NCBI GenBank assembly: GCA_040285855.1
Contig: JAUFOQ010000006.1
Location: forward strand, 682,001-746,000
Direction: 5' to 3'
Length of the DNA stretch: 64,000 nt
Source: Eukaryota sp. GEM-RC1
Lineage: Eukaryota
Shown in pieces: positions 25,334 to 35,794 of the stretch (position 1 is the first letter of the stretch; the number at the start of each line of letters is the position of its first letter). The translations under genes and the position numbers were made by a program. Below the pieces are notes generated by a model that saw only the letters and a program-made list of their open reading frames with translations, searched no databases and had not been told where the DNA came from.

Positions 25334-26424
25334 GTTGCTGATAAACTATTACAACTACTGTACTTCGTTTTGTGTCTTGATTGATGTCATGTTTTTAGAT
25401 ACTTCATTAAATCCCATGAAAAGAAATTGGAGATAAAAGACATCCAAAATATGTACTTTTACAGGCAAGTAAGTTCAGAAACTTATTCGTAAAAAAAATA
25501 CAGTATTTTAATACTGAAAATAAAAATACAAATACACAAATACATGTACTGTATTTGTGCATTTGAGTCAGTCTGACTCGACTCGCTGGACTCATAAGTC
25601 GAGTCGAGTCGCCCTTGTATTTCGTGAGTCAGCCTGACTCGACTCATATGACTCATGAGTCGAGTTGAGTCAAGAATTTCAGACTCGAGTTGACTCGACT
25701 CGACTCAAATTACAACCCTACAAATACAAGAAATACAGAAAAGACAGAAAAGTGTATTTTCCAGGTATGTTTTACACCTTCAAAAAACTACTTTCATTTA
25801 ATTAAACAACTGATTTTTTTGAATGTTAGGGTTACTCCAACGATCCGACTACTCCAATACATCTATGTTTATCGTTATTTTCTCCTGATCTTTGGCAGAC
25901 ATGTTTTCCAGCAGATATTGGTGACATACCAGAAAAAGTGTGATTTCTTTGAAATCTTCTCTTAAGAAACGCCAAGAACATCTTTTAAAACATTTTGACA
26001 TTCTCGATATTAAGGTTGGTTCGAGCAAAGAACAGAATCCAGCGTTCACAAATTTTTTGCTGCATTTGAAATACAATTCTTCAGTTGCATCTTGATTGAA
26101 TAGTCAAATTCCACAAGTTTGTGGTAATCATCAAGAAAAAGAGACTGTTAACTTGAGGGATTTGACCAGGGCTGTCTAAAAATTGAACCGTAAATTACTT
26201 TTGCGAGGAGACTATACCATAAATTTATTTCCACAACCAATCCAAACCGTAAATTAATTTCCGTAACAATTCAAAACCGTAAATTGATTCCGTAATAATT
26301 TGAAACCGTAAATTAATTTCCGGAATGTTCAAGTTCCATAAATAAAAAAAACGGGGTTTATGATCAGTCATTGAAATAAATGCATTTGCAGAAGTTAATA
26401 ACTAACAGACACTAACTAAAGTTT

Positions 26425-27377
26425 ATAAATTGACAAGGAGTTTGAACTCTTGGACTTTAATAATCGTATTAGCTTGGCTAAAACTAATAGTCCCGAGTTC
26501 GCTGCTTTTTTAATCGATCTTTGTAATAGTGGACCTTCTGGATTTATTTCTCAAATTCCAAAGGTGTATGGATTACATCTATCTGATGAAGCTTGGATGA
26601 TCAATATGCGTCTTCGTTTGGCTATTTGGCCTGCAAATTTATTAAACTATTCAACTTGCTCTTGTGGAGCTAATGGTGTTTTTCGTCATTTAATTAATTG
26701 TCGTTATTTTATTCATCTACGTGCAGTAATTCATGATGGTGTATGTGATTCTTGTTATTCCATGTTTAAAGCACATGGTTTTCACTCTAAAGTTGAACCA
26801 GTTTTGAATCGTCTTTCAGAAAATGAATTTACTGATCAAAAAGAGGGGATCTACATACTCCGTGGCTTAAATCGAGTCAATCATTAATGGATTTTACTAC
26901 AGTAGATGTATGTAACAAATCTTGTGTTAGTAGGATATTAGATTCTTCTTTTAATCCATTAACAGCAGCTGAAAAGCTCAAACACTCCAAGTATGACTCT
27001 CAAGTAGAAGAATTAAATAGAAACTCATATTCCAAATTTGTGTTTCAACCTTTTGCTGTTTCTCTTTTTGGATCTATTAGTCCTGCTGGTGATCAATTTT
27101 TCAAGGATTTCGAAGAATTGTGTAAAGAAAAGAAGCGTAAGTTTAGAGCGGCTGAATGGAAAAACCGTATTGTGTTTTCCATATATCGGAATATGCCTTT
27201 CTATTTCTCTAGATTAATTGAGAAATTGTACAAGTTTGGTGTGAAGGTTAATGTTGATAAACGTAATCTTTTACCAGGTGGTGATGAAGTCGTTTGGATT
27301 TAATCTTAGTATTATTTGTTTGTTTTTACAATTTCATAGTTTGTAGGAAGGTTACCTTATTGGGTGCAGAATAAACA
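26425..27377 (+). mobile_element. 5'-truncated RLE-type non-LTR retroelement, family A (duplicate of 21575-22535)
   Basis: ORFs 26450-26887 and 26887-27303 carry the zinc-knuckle and RLE motifs. Confidence 0.85.
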
Positions 27378-27382
27378 TATCT

Positions 27383-28228
27383 CACTAACTAAAGTATCTA
27401 AACTATGATCCTTCTGTCCATCACCGAACAACTTACCTAAAATTGAATTAAAATATCTGTGCATTGAACGAAACAACGCAAACGTTAACCTACTCAACCA
27501 AAAATTTTCATTGAAAACTTTACCATACTCAGAACACAATTTACCAAAGGAAGTTAAAAAACCTTGTACAGCTGGTCCAATATTACCGTATATCGACATC
27601 GCAAAAGGTTGAAACACAAAAGAATTGTACCTGTCAACATTCAATTGGTTAATTAAGTGACAGTACTTTGTATTTTTTCCTTTTCAGCCACTTCAAGAGC
27701 AGAACAATCATCATCAAAAATTTTGGAAATTGATCTTGACTTACAAGGATCAACAGTCGTGAAATCCATGATAATTTCCTGACAAGATAACCAAGGACCA
27801 ATCAAATCACCACGACTTCTATCAACTTTTGGCTGATCAGAAAGATTAGCAAGTCAAGGTTCAATTTTTCCATGAAAACCATTAGCCTTACACATATCCA
27901 AACATGTATCCCGGATACTGATGTGAATAATTGATCTAAAATGAATTAATTGATGACAGTTAACTTAATGATGAAAATTTGAAGCCTTTGAACGACCACA
28001 AAGACATGGGGAATGCTTCAAAAGACCTGAAGGCCATAAACCTAACCTAAGTCTCATGTTTATAAGCCATTCATGATCCTTAAGATTAAAACAAAATTTT
28101 CTTGGCAAACGAGAAACAAAAGAAGACGCAGCGCTTGAAGAAATATCATTCAAAAAAGCACAAAAAGCGGGACTCTTAGTCTTAGCCAAGCTAATACGGT
28201 TTTTAAAGTCCAAGCTTTCGTGAAACAA
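27383..28228 (-). mobile_element. Inverted family-B retroelement fragment that truncates the kinase gene
   Basis: ORFs 27965-28228 and 27357-27644 are nearly identical to 24423-25270. The junction with kinase sequence is at 28228/28229. Confidence 0.9.
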
Positions 28229-29737
28229 TCTGACGAATTTAAAATGGGAGCCAGATTTCCCGACTTCAAAGCTTCTACTATGAGCGTATCTCTATTTGGA
28301 AACCTATCATACTCATTCCAAATACTTCGCCCAGTGAATACATAGACAGCTATCAGGCCAAAAGAGAAAGAATCAATAGTTTCAGTGTAAACAGTCTGAT
28401 CTTGAACTACCTCTGGACTTGCCCATTTCGGAGTAAAGTATCTGTTAGAGGATATTGACATTTTGGATTTTCCAACTAGAATGTTCTTTCCACTTCCCCA
28501 ATCAATTACTACAGGAGTAGTTCCCCTAAACAAAATGTTATCTGGTTTTAGATCTCTATAATAGGAACTTGTGATCATGGCAAATACTTAGAGCTGATGA
28601 AATACATGTGAGCATTAGAAGTTTGGTTGTCAGCGATAGAGAATCCTGTACTTTTTCAGTTAATGTTTGTTTAGAGAGACGCTCCATTACTAAGCCATAC
28701 CGATAGCCACCACCTCTTGACAGTTTACACACACCAAACACACGGGGAAGTGATGGAACATTTGGAACAGAACTGAGAATTTCCCATTCCCGTACCAAAG
28801 CTGGACTTATTTCATCAACCTGATGGTATAGTTTAATCACTACATCTGACTGCATCCATTGAGCAAACAGGATCTCTGACTGACCACTGACTTTGGAGAA
28901 GGACTCGTCAATGTGGATATCGGATTCTGGAATCAAAAGTAGGTCTGAAAGTGAAGAGCTTGGTTCAGAAGTGATGGGTAACGGCAGTTCTTCGGTTAAT
29001 TCAGTGCGGTAATCTGTAAGATCTTGAAGTTCTTTTTCTAACTGTTGGATTTTGTTTGAATCGAAAGTGGAAGTGATTTGGCTTTGAATTTTGAGTTCTT
29101 TTTCGTTCAAATGCTTTAGTTTTCCCAAATATTGGTCACTCGTCACGGTTTGAAAATCTTCACTGTCAAGTTCATTCAGAGCTTTGATCTTTGCATCGGA
29201 AATGTTGTTTGTTGTTGTAGCCAATGCCAGTACCAGTTCTTGAGTGAACTCGTTTAAAAGCTGATGACATTCACGGAACTCTGTTTCATATTTGTTCCGA
29301 GCAACCCCACGCTTAATCCAACTTGATTCACTGTAATTAAGCGTGATCTGGTGAACTTTGAGACAGATTTGCTGGAAGATTTCAAGTGACTCTTTGACAA
29401 TAGAGTGATGAGGGATGGTCAGGACTAAAGTCCAATCGTTGAAAGATTAGCTGCATTAGTCGAAGCAAGCGCTGTGTTAAAGCAACCGACTGTCTGTTGG
29501 TGGTCTTGGTGTGTTGCATCGTACGAAATACAGAGAGAAACGCGGAACAAAAGGGTCCCAGAAGAGGAGACTGTTGTGCGATGTAGTTGATTGTGTTCAA
29601 CAGAGAGCCGGTAACATTTTCAACAAAGACGGGAGGATTCCACTCAGAGATTTCTGTTCGGATACGAGAAAGCCTTTGACAGAAGACAGCGACAAATGCT
29701 GTCTTAGAAGGAACGGGAGAAAGAGGTGGTTTTGCAT
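28229..29737 (-). pseudogene. MLKL-like protein: N-terminal four-helix-bundle-like domain, coiled coil and protein kinase; frameshifted and 3'-truncated by a retroelement
   Basis: Reconstructed MQKPPLS...PLLGPFCSAFLSVF...NRQSVALTQRLLRL...LEIFQQICLKVHQITLNYSESSWIKRGVARNKYETEFRECHQLLNEFTQELVLAL, then VVIK, YRDLKPDNIL, DWG, WASPE, DSFSFGL. Shifts at ~29732, ~29403 and ~28560. Confidence 0.7.
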
Positions 29738-30136
29738 TATACCACCATTATCAATGACTTAACAACCAAATTGGACTGGTAAAAGTAGTTATCTAGAGCA
29801 TACCTACAAGTCGAACATATGAACAGTCGACGACGAGTCGAGAGTAGAACAACTAGTCAGTAGGAAGAGTTCTTCGAATTGAAGAACAGGTTTGCAAGGC
29901 GATCACTCTATACAGTTTTAGAGTACTGTAAAGTGTAATGTAAAATGTAGTACTACTAGTAAAGTACAGCTCCCGATTTTACTGAAATTCTTCAATATGG
30001 ACTACTTTAAGACTTCATGTGCAGAGATTACGTGTCACTTTTCAGAGGTTAGACTGTAACTCATGACTAAATGAACACTCAGATTTTAAATAGTATTTTT
30101 AATTGGAAACGACAGATCAATCCGTATTATAAACAA

Positions 30137-32965
30137 CTACCAAAACGACCACCTAAAACGATTACTTGAGATGCTGTTGACACGCTGTTGAGTGGAATGA
30201 TCAACAAGATTCTTTCGAAGATTAATCTCTACTTTAACAGGATTATCTTTCAACGCTTGGGCTAAAGCCATTGCACCTTCATTTCCAATAGAGTTCGATT
30301 GTAAATGCATCATTGAAATTGTTGAAGTATTCTTCAGCGTTTCCGCCAAAGCCATTGCACCTTCATTTCCAATTGAATTTGATTGTAGAAAAACCTTAGA
30401 AATATTAGAATTCACTTTCACAACTTCTGCCAATACTTTAGCTCCCTCACATCCAATAGAGTTGTGTTTGAGATGAATTTGAGTTAATTTGGAAGAAGAA
30501 TTGAGCTGAGGTTCACCAAATAGTTGTAAAATAATATTATCTGACAATGAACAATCATTGAAGTCAATAGACGTCAAGAACTCATTGTCCTTAATTAAAT
30601 CACGTAAGCTGTTGATTGCATCATCAGCAAAAACACATCTACTAAGCGAAAGTTTTTTCACCTCAAGATTCACCAAAAAGGACCGTAGGGCGGAAACTTC
30701 TTTGGTAGTTAATTTAGGCCATTTACTTTGTGGAAAATATGAAAACTCAAGATTTTCAAAACTAAAAACTTTAGGATAAAAGTACAGGTCAATTACAGAT
30801 TGCTTGATGCAACGGATTTGAATACAGTATAGAACAATTAAAAAACTCTCGTATCGAATATCATGACAGTCAACACGCTCAATAGGTACATTTTCTTTCA
30901 ACGCATTTAAAAGTAAACCTAATTCTTCCTCTGCAACGTCTTTTGGATAAACAATTAGTCCGCAATTAAGATTAAGAGAATAAGGTGCTAATTGAACATC
31001 TGAAATCATTGAGTCTGCTGACGTGATCAGTCGGTAGAGGCCCACAAGAGTTTTAAAAGTCAAGGTATTTTTGTCGAGATTAACTACTTCTAGATACGAG
31101 GTCGGCTGAATATCACCAAATATATTTAAAACATCGTCATCAGAAAGATTGGAATCACTTAATTCAACAGAAAACAGTGTGTGATTGACCCGGATCAAAT
31201 CACGCAAACTGATGATTGCTTCCTGGGAAAAAAGACACTTTCTCAAAATTAGACTATCAATTTGACACGTTTTCAAAAAACTATGGATAACTGAAATGTC
31301 CTCAGCAGAAACTTCCGTATGACAGAAAGGTGAAATACAAAACAAACCGTCATCAACATTAACAGAATGTGGAGATATTGTAAAATCTACCACTGAATAA
31401 ACAGTATACAGTTCAATATTTTCTAGAATTTTAGCCAAAGGGGGATTATGCCATTCACGACATTTTACACGTTTAATAGGAGTACCTTTTTTTAAAGTTT
31501 TCAACAGTAGACTAATATCATTGTCATAAAGGATATCGCGAAAATCAATCGATCCAGTAGAGAAATCAAGAGAATGCGGATGAAAGCCGAATTTACAATT
31601 GTAATTTCGTGAATACAACATTTCAAAGCACGCGATTAAAGAACTGAAATGTAGGCGTAGCAAATAAAAGTTTCGAATAGTAGAATTCTGTTGAAGTCCT
31701 TGAAATATTGGAGCATACGAAAAAGTTTGACAATCAAAAGGAGATAAACAAAAAGCAATCAAACCCGTGTTTTTTGCTAACATTGCAGCTAATGAATTGG
31801 TATCCTGCTCAGATGGATTTTGGTTAAAATGAGAAATCTTGAACAAGCGTAAGGTATTATTAGTTTCGAGAGATTCACATATCGAAGTCAGTGGCGAGCT
31901 GCCTTCAGTTATATAAAGTCTTTTCAAAACTGTATTAAATTTTAAAACTTTCCCCAGAAGTTCAGTTCTGTAGTCAGCGCAATGAATGGATAATTGTTCT
32001 AGAGAAGAATTAGTCTCCAGCGCAACAAGTACACGTGAATCCAGCGAATCATAGCTAGGGAAGGTCAGACATTTGAAAGTGTCATTGCTAAACAGTGGCA
32101 AAATAACAGATGAATCATCCTGTTTTTTACCAATGAGTGATACTCTTACTTTCTGAATTGAACTACTTTTAGATAGAGAAGTGTAAAGTCGAATTAAATC
32201 AGAATTCTGAAGAGAGCATTTACGATCACTCAACTTGACCTTTTTTAATGTCGTATTGTGAAGGAACACGACACCAAGATCATTGGCATGTGATGGGAGG
32301 AAATCGATAAAATCTAAATCTAAATCTTTAACTGTAGAATTGTTCATTAAAGACTTACAAAATAAAGTTAAACTATCTTCAGAATTAACACGGATAACAA
32401 GTCTTTGAACTCGCGGTAAGAAATGAAGAGAAAATTCTGACAAGAAATCACATTTGATAACTAAAGACAAATTAGTCTGAACTAGTTCAACTGTGTCACA
32501 TAGAGGAAAAGTCTTTTCTGGCAGACGACTCTGGTGATCAATTAAGAACGTGGAATGGATCCGAGCATCAAAGAAAGAAGCGATCTTTGACACGCAAAAA
32601 CTGCTGCCAAAATTAATGCGAAAAGTGACATTCTTGAAGAACAGAATAATTGCAGGAAATGTAGATTGGAAGAAGCGGTAGCTGATGTAACCAACTCTTT
32701 CAACAAATGTCTGTAATTCGGTTTTCAGTTTATGATGTTCAAAGGTTTTGATTCCCGAACAGGACTTCGTGAGAACTCTTAGCCATTGAGAGCTGATTGA
32801 TATCAATAGAGAGTCTTGAAGACGTATAGACTTGGGAGAAGTTGGATTGGTGTCAGACATCAGGGGAGAGGTGATGTCAGAAGAAAGAGAAGGACTGATA
32901 TCAGTATGTGCTAGAAGAGGAGTATCCGAAGAACGACTCGTCTTCAACGGAGGTTCTTCAGACAT
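30137..32965 (-). CDS. 942-aa leucine-rich repeat protein (RNI/NLRC3-like LRRs)
   Basis: C-terminal L..NSIG.EGA..LA..LK repeats, N.TL..L repeats and a duplicated internal module; uninterrupted ORF. Confidence 0.85.
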   Translation of the reverse strand: MSEEPPLKTSRSSDTPLLAHTDISPSLSSDITSPLMSDTNPTSPKSIRLQDSLLISISSQWLRVLTKSCSGIKTFEHHKLKTELQTFVERVGYISYRFFQSTFPAIILFFKNVTFRINFGSSFCVSKIASFFDARIHSTFLIDHQSRLPEKTFPLCDTVELVQTNLSLVIKCDFLSEFSLHFLPRVQRLVIRVNSEDSLTLFCKSLMNNSTVKDLDLDFIDFLPSHANDLGVVFLHNTTLKKVKLSDRKCSLQNSDLIRLYTSLSKSSSIQKVRVSLIGKKQDDSSVILPLFSNDTFKCLTFPSYDSLDSRVLVALETNSSLEQLSIHCADYRTELLGKVLKFNTVLKRLYITEGSSPLTSICESLETNNTLRLFKISHFNQNPSEQDTNSLAAMLAKNTGLIAFCLSPFDCQTFSYAPIFQGLQQNSTIRNFYLLRLHFSSLIACFEMLYSRNYNCKFGFHPHSLDFSTGSIDFRDILYDNDISLLLKTLKKGTPIKRVKCREWHNPPLAKILENIELYTVYSVVDFTISPHSVNVDDGLFCISPFCHTEVSAEDISVIHSFLKTCQIDSLILRKCLFSQEAIISLRDLIRVNHTLFSVELSDSNLSDDDVLNIFGDIQPTSYLEVVNLDKNTLTFKTLVGLYRLITSADSMISDVQLAPYSLNLNCGLIVYPKDVAEEELGLLLNALKENVPIERVDCHDIRYESFLIVLYCIQIRCIKQSVIDLYFYPKVFSFENLEFSYFPQSKWPKLTTKEVSALRSFLVNLEVKKLSLSRCVFADDAINSLRDLIKDNEFLTSIDFNDCSLSDNIILQLFGEPQLNSSSKLTQIHLKHNSIGCEGAKVLAEVVKVNSNISKVFLQSNSIGNEGAMALAETLKNTSTISMMHLQSNSIGNEGAMALAQALKDNPVKVEINLRKNLVDHSTQQRVNSISSNRFRWSFW

Positions 32966-33421
32966 GGAGGGAAATTAGTGAAGTTAGTCTCTACTACTAG
33001 TAGTATGAGACCAATTACAATGTAAAAACTGCAGATGGGGTAAACGTGTATTTTAAAAAAAACATTTTCTGAGTTTCACCCATTTCAAGGACGACCAGAG
33101 TACATACAGCTTTAAATCTAGCATTAAGTGCATTCATTGGCTATGGCAAAAAGTTGCTTTACCGAACATATTGATTTTTATATTTCCATTTCCATATTAT
33201 AGGTCAGGATGTACAGGTACAATTCCATTAGGAGCATGGGCTCAACAGAACCAAACAAAACGTGTTTTCTTAGATTATTCTCTAGTGTTAGTGTTATGAC
33301 ACCAGTTGCTACGTTTTCCACATATAAAATACTGTATTTTGTATATTAAAACTGTGCTTGAGAGTCGATCAAGTGGGAAAGATCAAGACGAAATTTTGGT
33401 TACTTTTCTTTACTTCCTAAA

Positions 33422-34000
33422 ATGTCTGATGAATGGGGTGATGAAGAACAAACTGAATTCGCTACTCTTGGCGTAGCTCCTACAAAACAACAAGAAGATT
33501 CTGATATACCTGATGACTGGGACATGGATTCAGATGAAGATGAAGAAGCCTCCCAAAACGTCACACAGGAGGAAATATCTGATTACCAAGCCACACGTTC
33601 TCTCTTCAGTGGTCAAGGAGAAAGAGCACAGGGTGATCCCACGGATCTCAACAACTTCCACCCTGTCTCTGCTGACGACTTTGATCTTCTGGGCAAAGCC
33701 ATCGGTAAGAGAATGTTGACATACTATAAGGACGCTCTTAACTTCGACGCTCTTTTAAAACAAGTCATCTCCACAGCTGTTTCGCCCATGGATAGTGAAT
33801 CAACTCGTAGAGTCTCTGCATATGTTTCCACTATCGCCAATGAAAAGCTAGCAGTCGAGAAGGCCGCTAAAGGTGGAAAGAAGAAGAAGTCCAAGAAGCC
33901 TGCAATGCTCAAGGACAGGGGTTTGAAAACCGCTGTTGACGTTCTAGACGATTTTGAAGAAGATGTTGATTTTGACGATGAATATGATGGTTTTATGTAG
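33422..34000 (+). CDS. eIF3j: Eukaryotic translation initiation factor 3 subunit J
   Basis: Acidic N-terminus with DEW/DDWD, F.P.S.DDF, NEK...EK...GKKKK and a C-terminal DDEYDGFM. Confidence 0.88.
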   Translation: MSDEWGDEEQTEFATLGVAPTKQQEDSDIPDDWDMDSDEDEEASQNVTQEEISDYQATRSLFSGQGERAQGDPTDLNNFHPVSADDFDLLGKAIGKRMLTYYKDALNFDALLKQVISTAVSPMDSESTRRVSAYVSTIANEKLAVEKAAKGGKKKKSKKPAMLKDRGLKTAVDVLDDFEEDVDFDDEYDGFM

Positions 34001-34619
34001 TAGCTTTTTTTATTGATTTTGTATTTTGGTTTTTTATCTGATTCTTCTACTAGTAGTTCGTTTAATAATATTTATTTGATTTCGGTCTTTAATGTTTAGT
34101 GTAATGATTGCAAAATCACAGGAAATTCAAAATGATTGAAATTATTAATGACTGATTGGGCGATTGAAACCAGATGTTGCTTTGGAAAACTTGGACAAAA
34201 GTACCAAGTTGGACGAAATGCAGAAAAAATCAAATCCAAAACAACATTTGTGATAAACGCCGGTTTGAATTGATATCTCTCTGTTTTAAAGGTAACGTGC
34301 ACTCTACCTAATCAAAATTTCAATAATCCCTTGAAATTATGAGAAATTATATCAACGTCACCAGAATTGAAATAATACTCACGCCAAACAGAATAAATAA
34401 ACCGCAGAGAAGAATTGGAAATATTCGAAGCCTTGTTTGTAGCCCGGATATTGAAATCGAGTTGGAATTGCTAGAAAACAAATGCAGGTTAGACTTGACA
34501 TGGAATCTACAAAAAGTTATGAGTCTTCATAGGCGTCAAAAGAGTCAACATTGAAGCTTAACTTCGTTTTGTTCCAATTAATAGATGTTCGAAAAGATAT
34601 ACATTTTCATCATTCAAAC

Positions 34620-35334
34620 CAGGGATGTCAAAAAATATATTATTTATTTATTTATTGCCAGCAGCTGCTAGTGGATCACCAATATATTTATTGTCTCAGT
34701 CGGCAATATGCAACAATATTGCAGTATCTTTCAATATTGTGACAATATATTTAATGCTCAATTGTAGTGTTTTCATTTGCAAATATCGAACATTCTCCAA
34801 ACAACTCGTACAACGTTGTCTCAATTTTATAAGATATGATACAAACAGTTGATCTTACTGTGATGAAACAAAATGACTAAAGATTTTAGATGTTCGAAAG
34901 AATGTTCAGTCGAATGCTTACTACTGGCACTCGTCGATCACGTTTGCACCCTTCAAGCCTTAAGAAACAATTACTTTACAACTCGCTACTTTATATGTAT
35001 TAACTTATATTTGGCATGAATATACTGTTCGAAGAATTCTATCCTTGTCAAGATTTGTGTACGAATTGGGGATGTAAAAGATGAAGAATCGATTATATAT
35101 ACTACATCAGCAATTTTTGACTGATTGATCATAAACCCCGTTCTTTCTACATTATACTAGTGCTAAAAATGCAGCAGATAATATTGTCAATAAATTTATT
35201 TATTTATTGTGATGTTTGACAATATCAGTATATTTATTCCACACAATATCAATTTATTAATTGTAATTTCACACTATTATATACATTGTACGATATTGTA
35301 TATCGATTTTTAAATTTATGTTTTAACATCCCTG
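34620..35334. mobile_element. hAT-like MITE
   Basis: TIR CAGGGATGT(C/T)AAAA at both ends. TSD ATTCAAAC / ATCCAAAC (7 of 8). Contains a ~30-nt family-B tail at ~35118-35147. Confidence 0.8.
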
Positions 35335-35728
35335 ATCCAAACCATATTCACACCGATGCTACACCTCATTTTCCGTGGGAAAGTCAAGACATCATAATTC
35401 CCAACCCAACAGACTGACAAGGATTCTTTAGTGATCTGTCAATGTTCTGCTTTACACTTACCACCATGATCGTTTCTTTTCTTCATATTCTATTCGGCCA
35501 GGAAAGATTAGGAAATTTTGTTCTTGTACTTAGGTTTTTCTGAATTGATTCGAAAAATTGTGTTCCAAATTTGGTAAGACGTTCTACATGTCTTACAGGA
35601 AGAGTAGATTTGACTTTTTGCTGTTAAGGTCAAAGTATAGATACTAATATGTTGATACTGATTTGGCCAAGTTGTTTGGTGTCTGAATTGGGTAGTTCGT
35701 TTTATTATCGTTTATCCATACTCCGTGG

Positions 35729-35794
35729 TGTTGTCTGTAGACATGGGAGAAGGTAAAGTAAATTTATTTTAAGGGTACTGTACCAGTACTAACA
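35729..35794 (-). repeat. 3' LTR (66 bp)
   Basis: Identical to 42317-42382; TGTT/AACA termini. Confidence 0.95.

Larger units (their letters stand above)
20296..27377 (+). repeat. Direct duplication of a ~2.2-kb composite TE block (20296-22530 and 25145-27377)
   Basis: Identical translated ORFs at an offset of 4849 nt (20558/25407, 20841/25690), with only scattered substitutions and indels. Confidence 0.9.
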
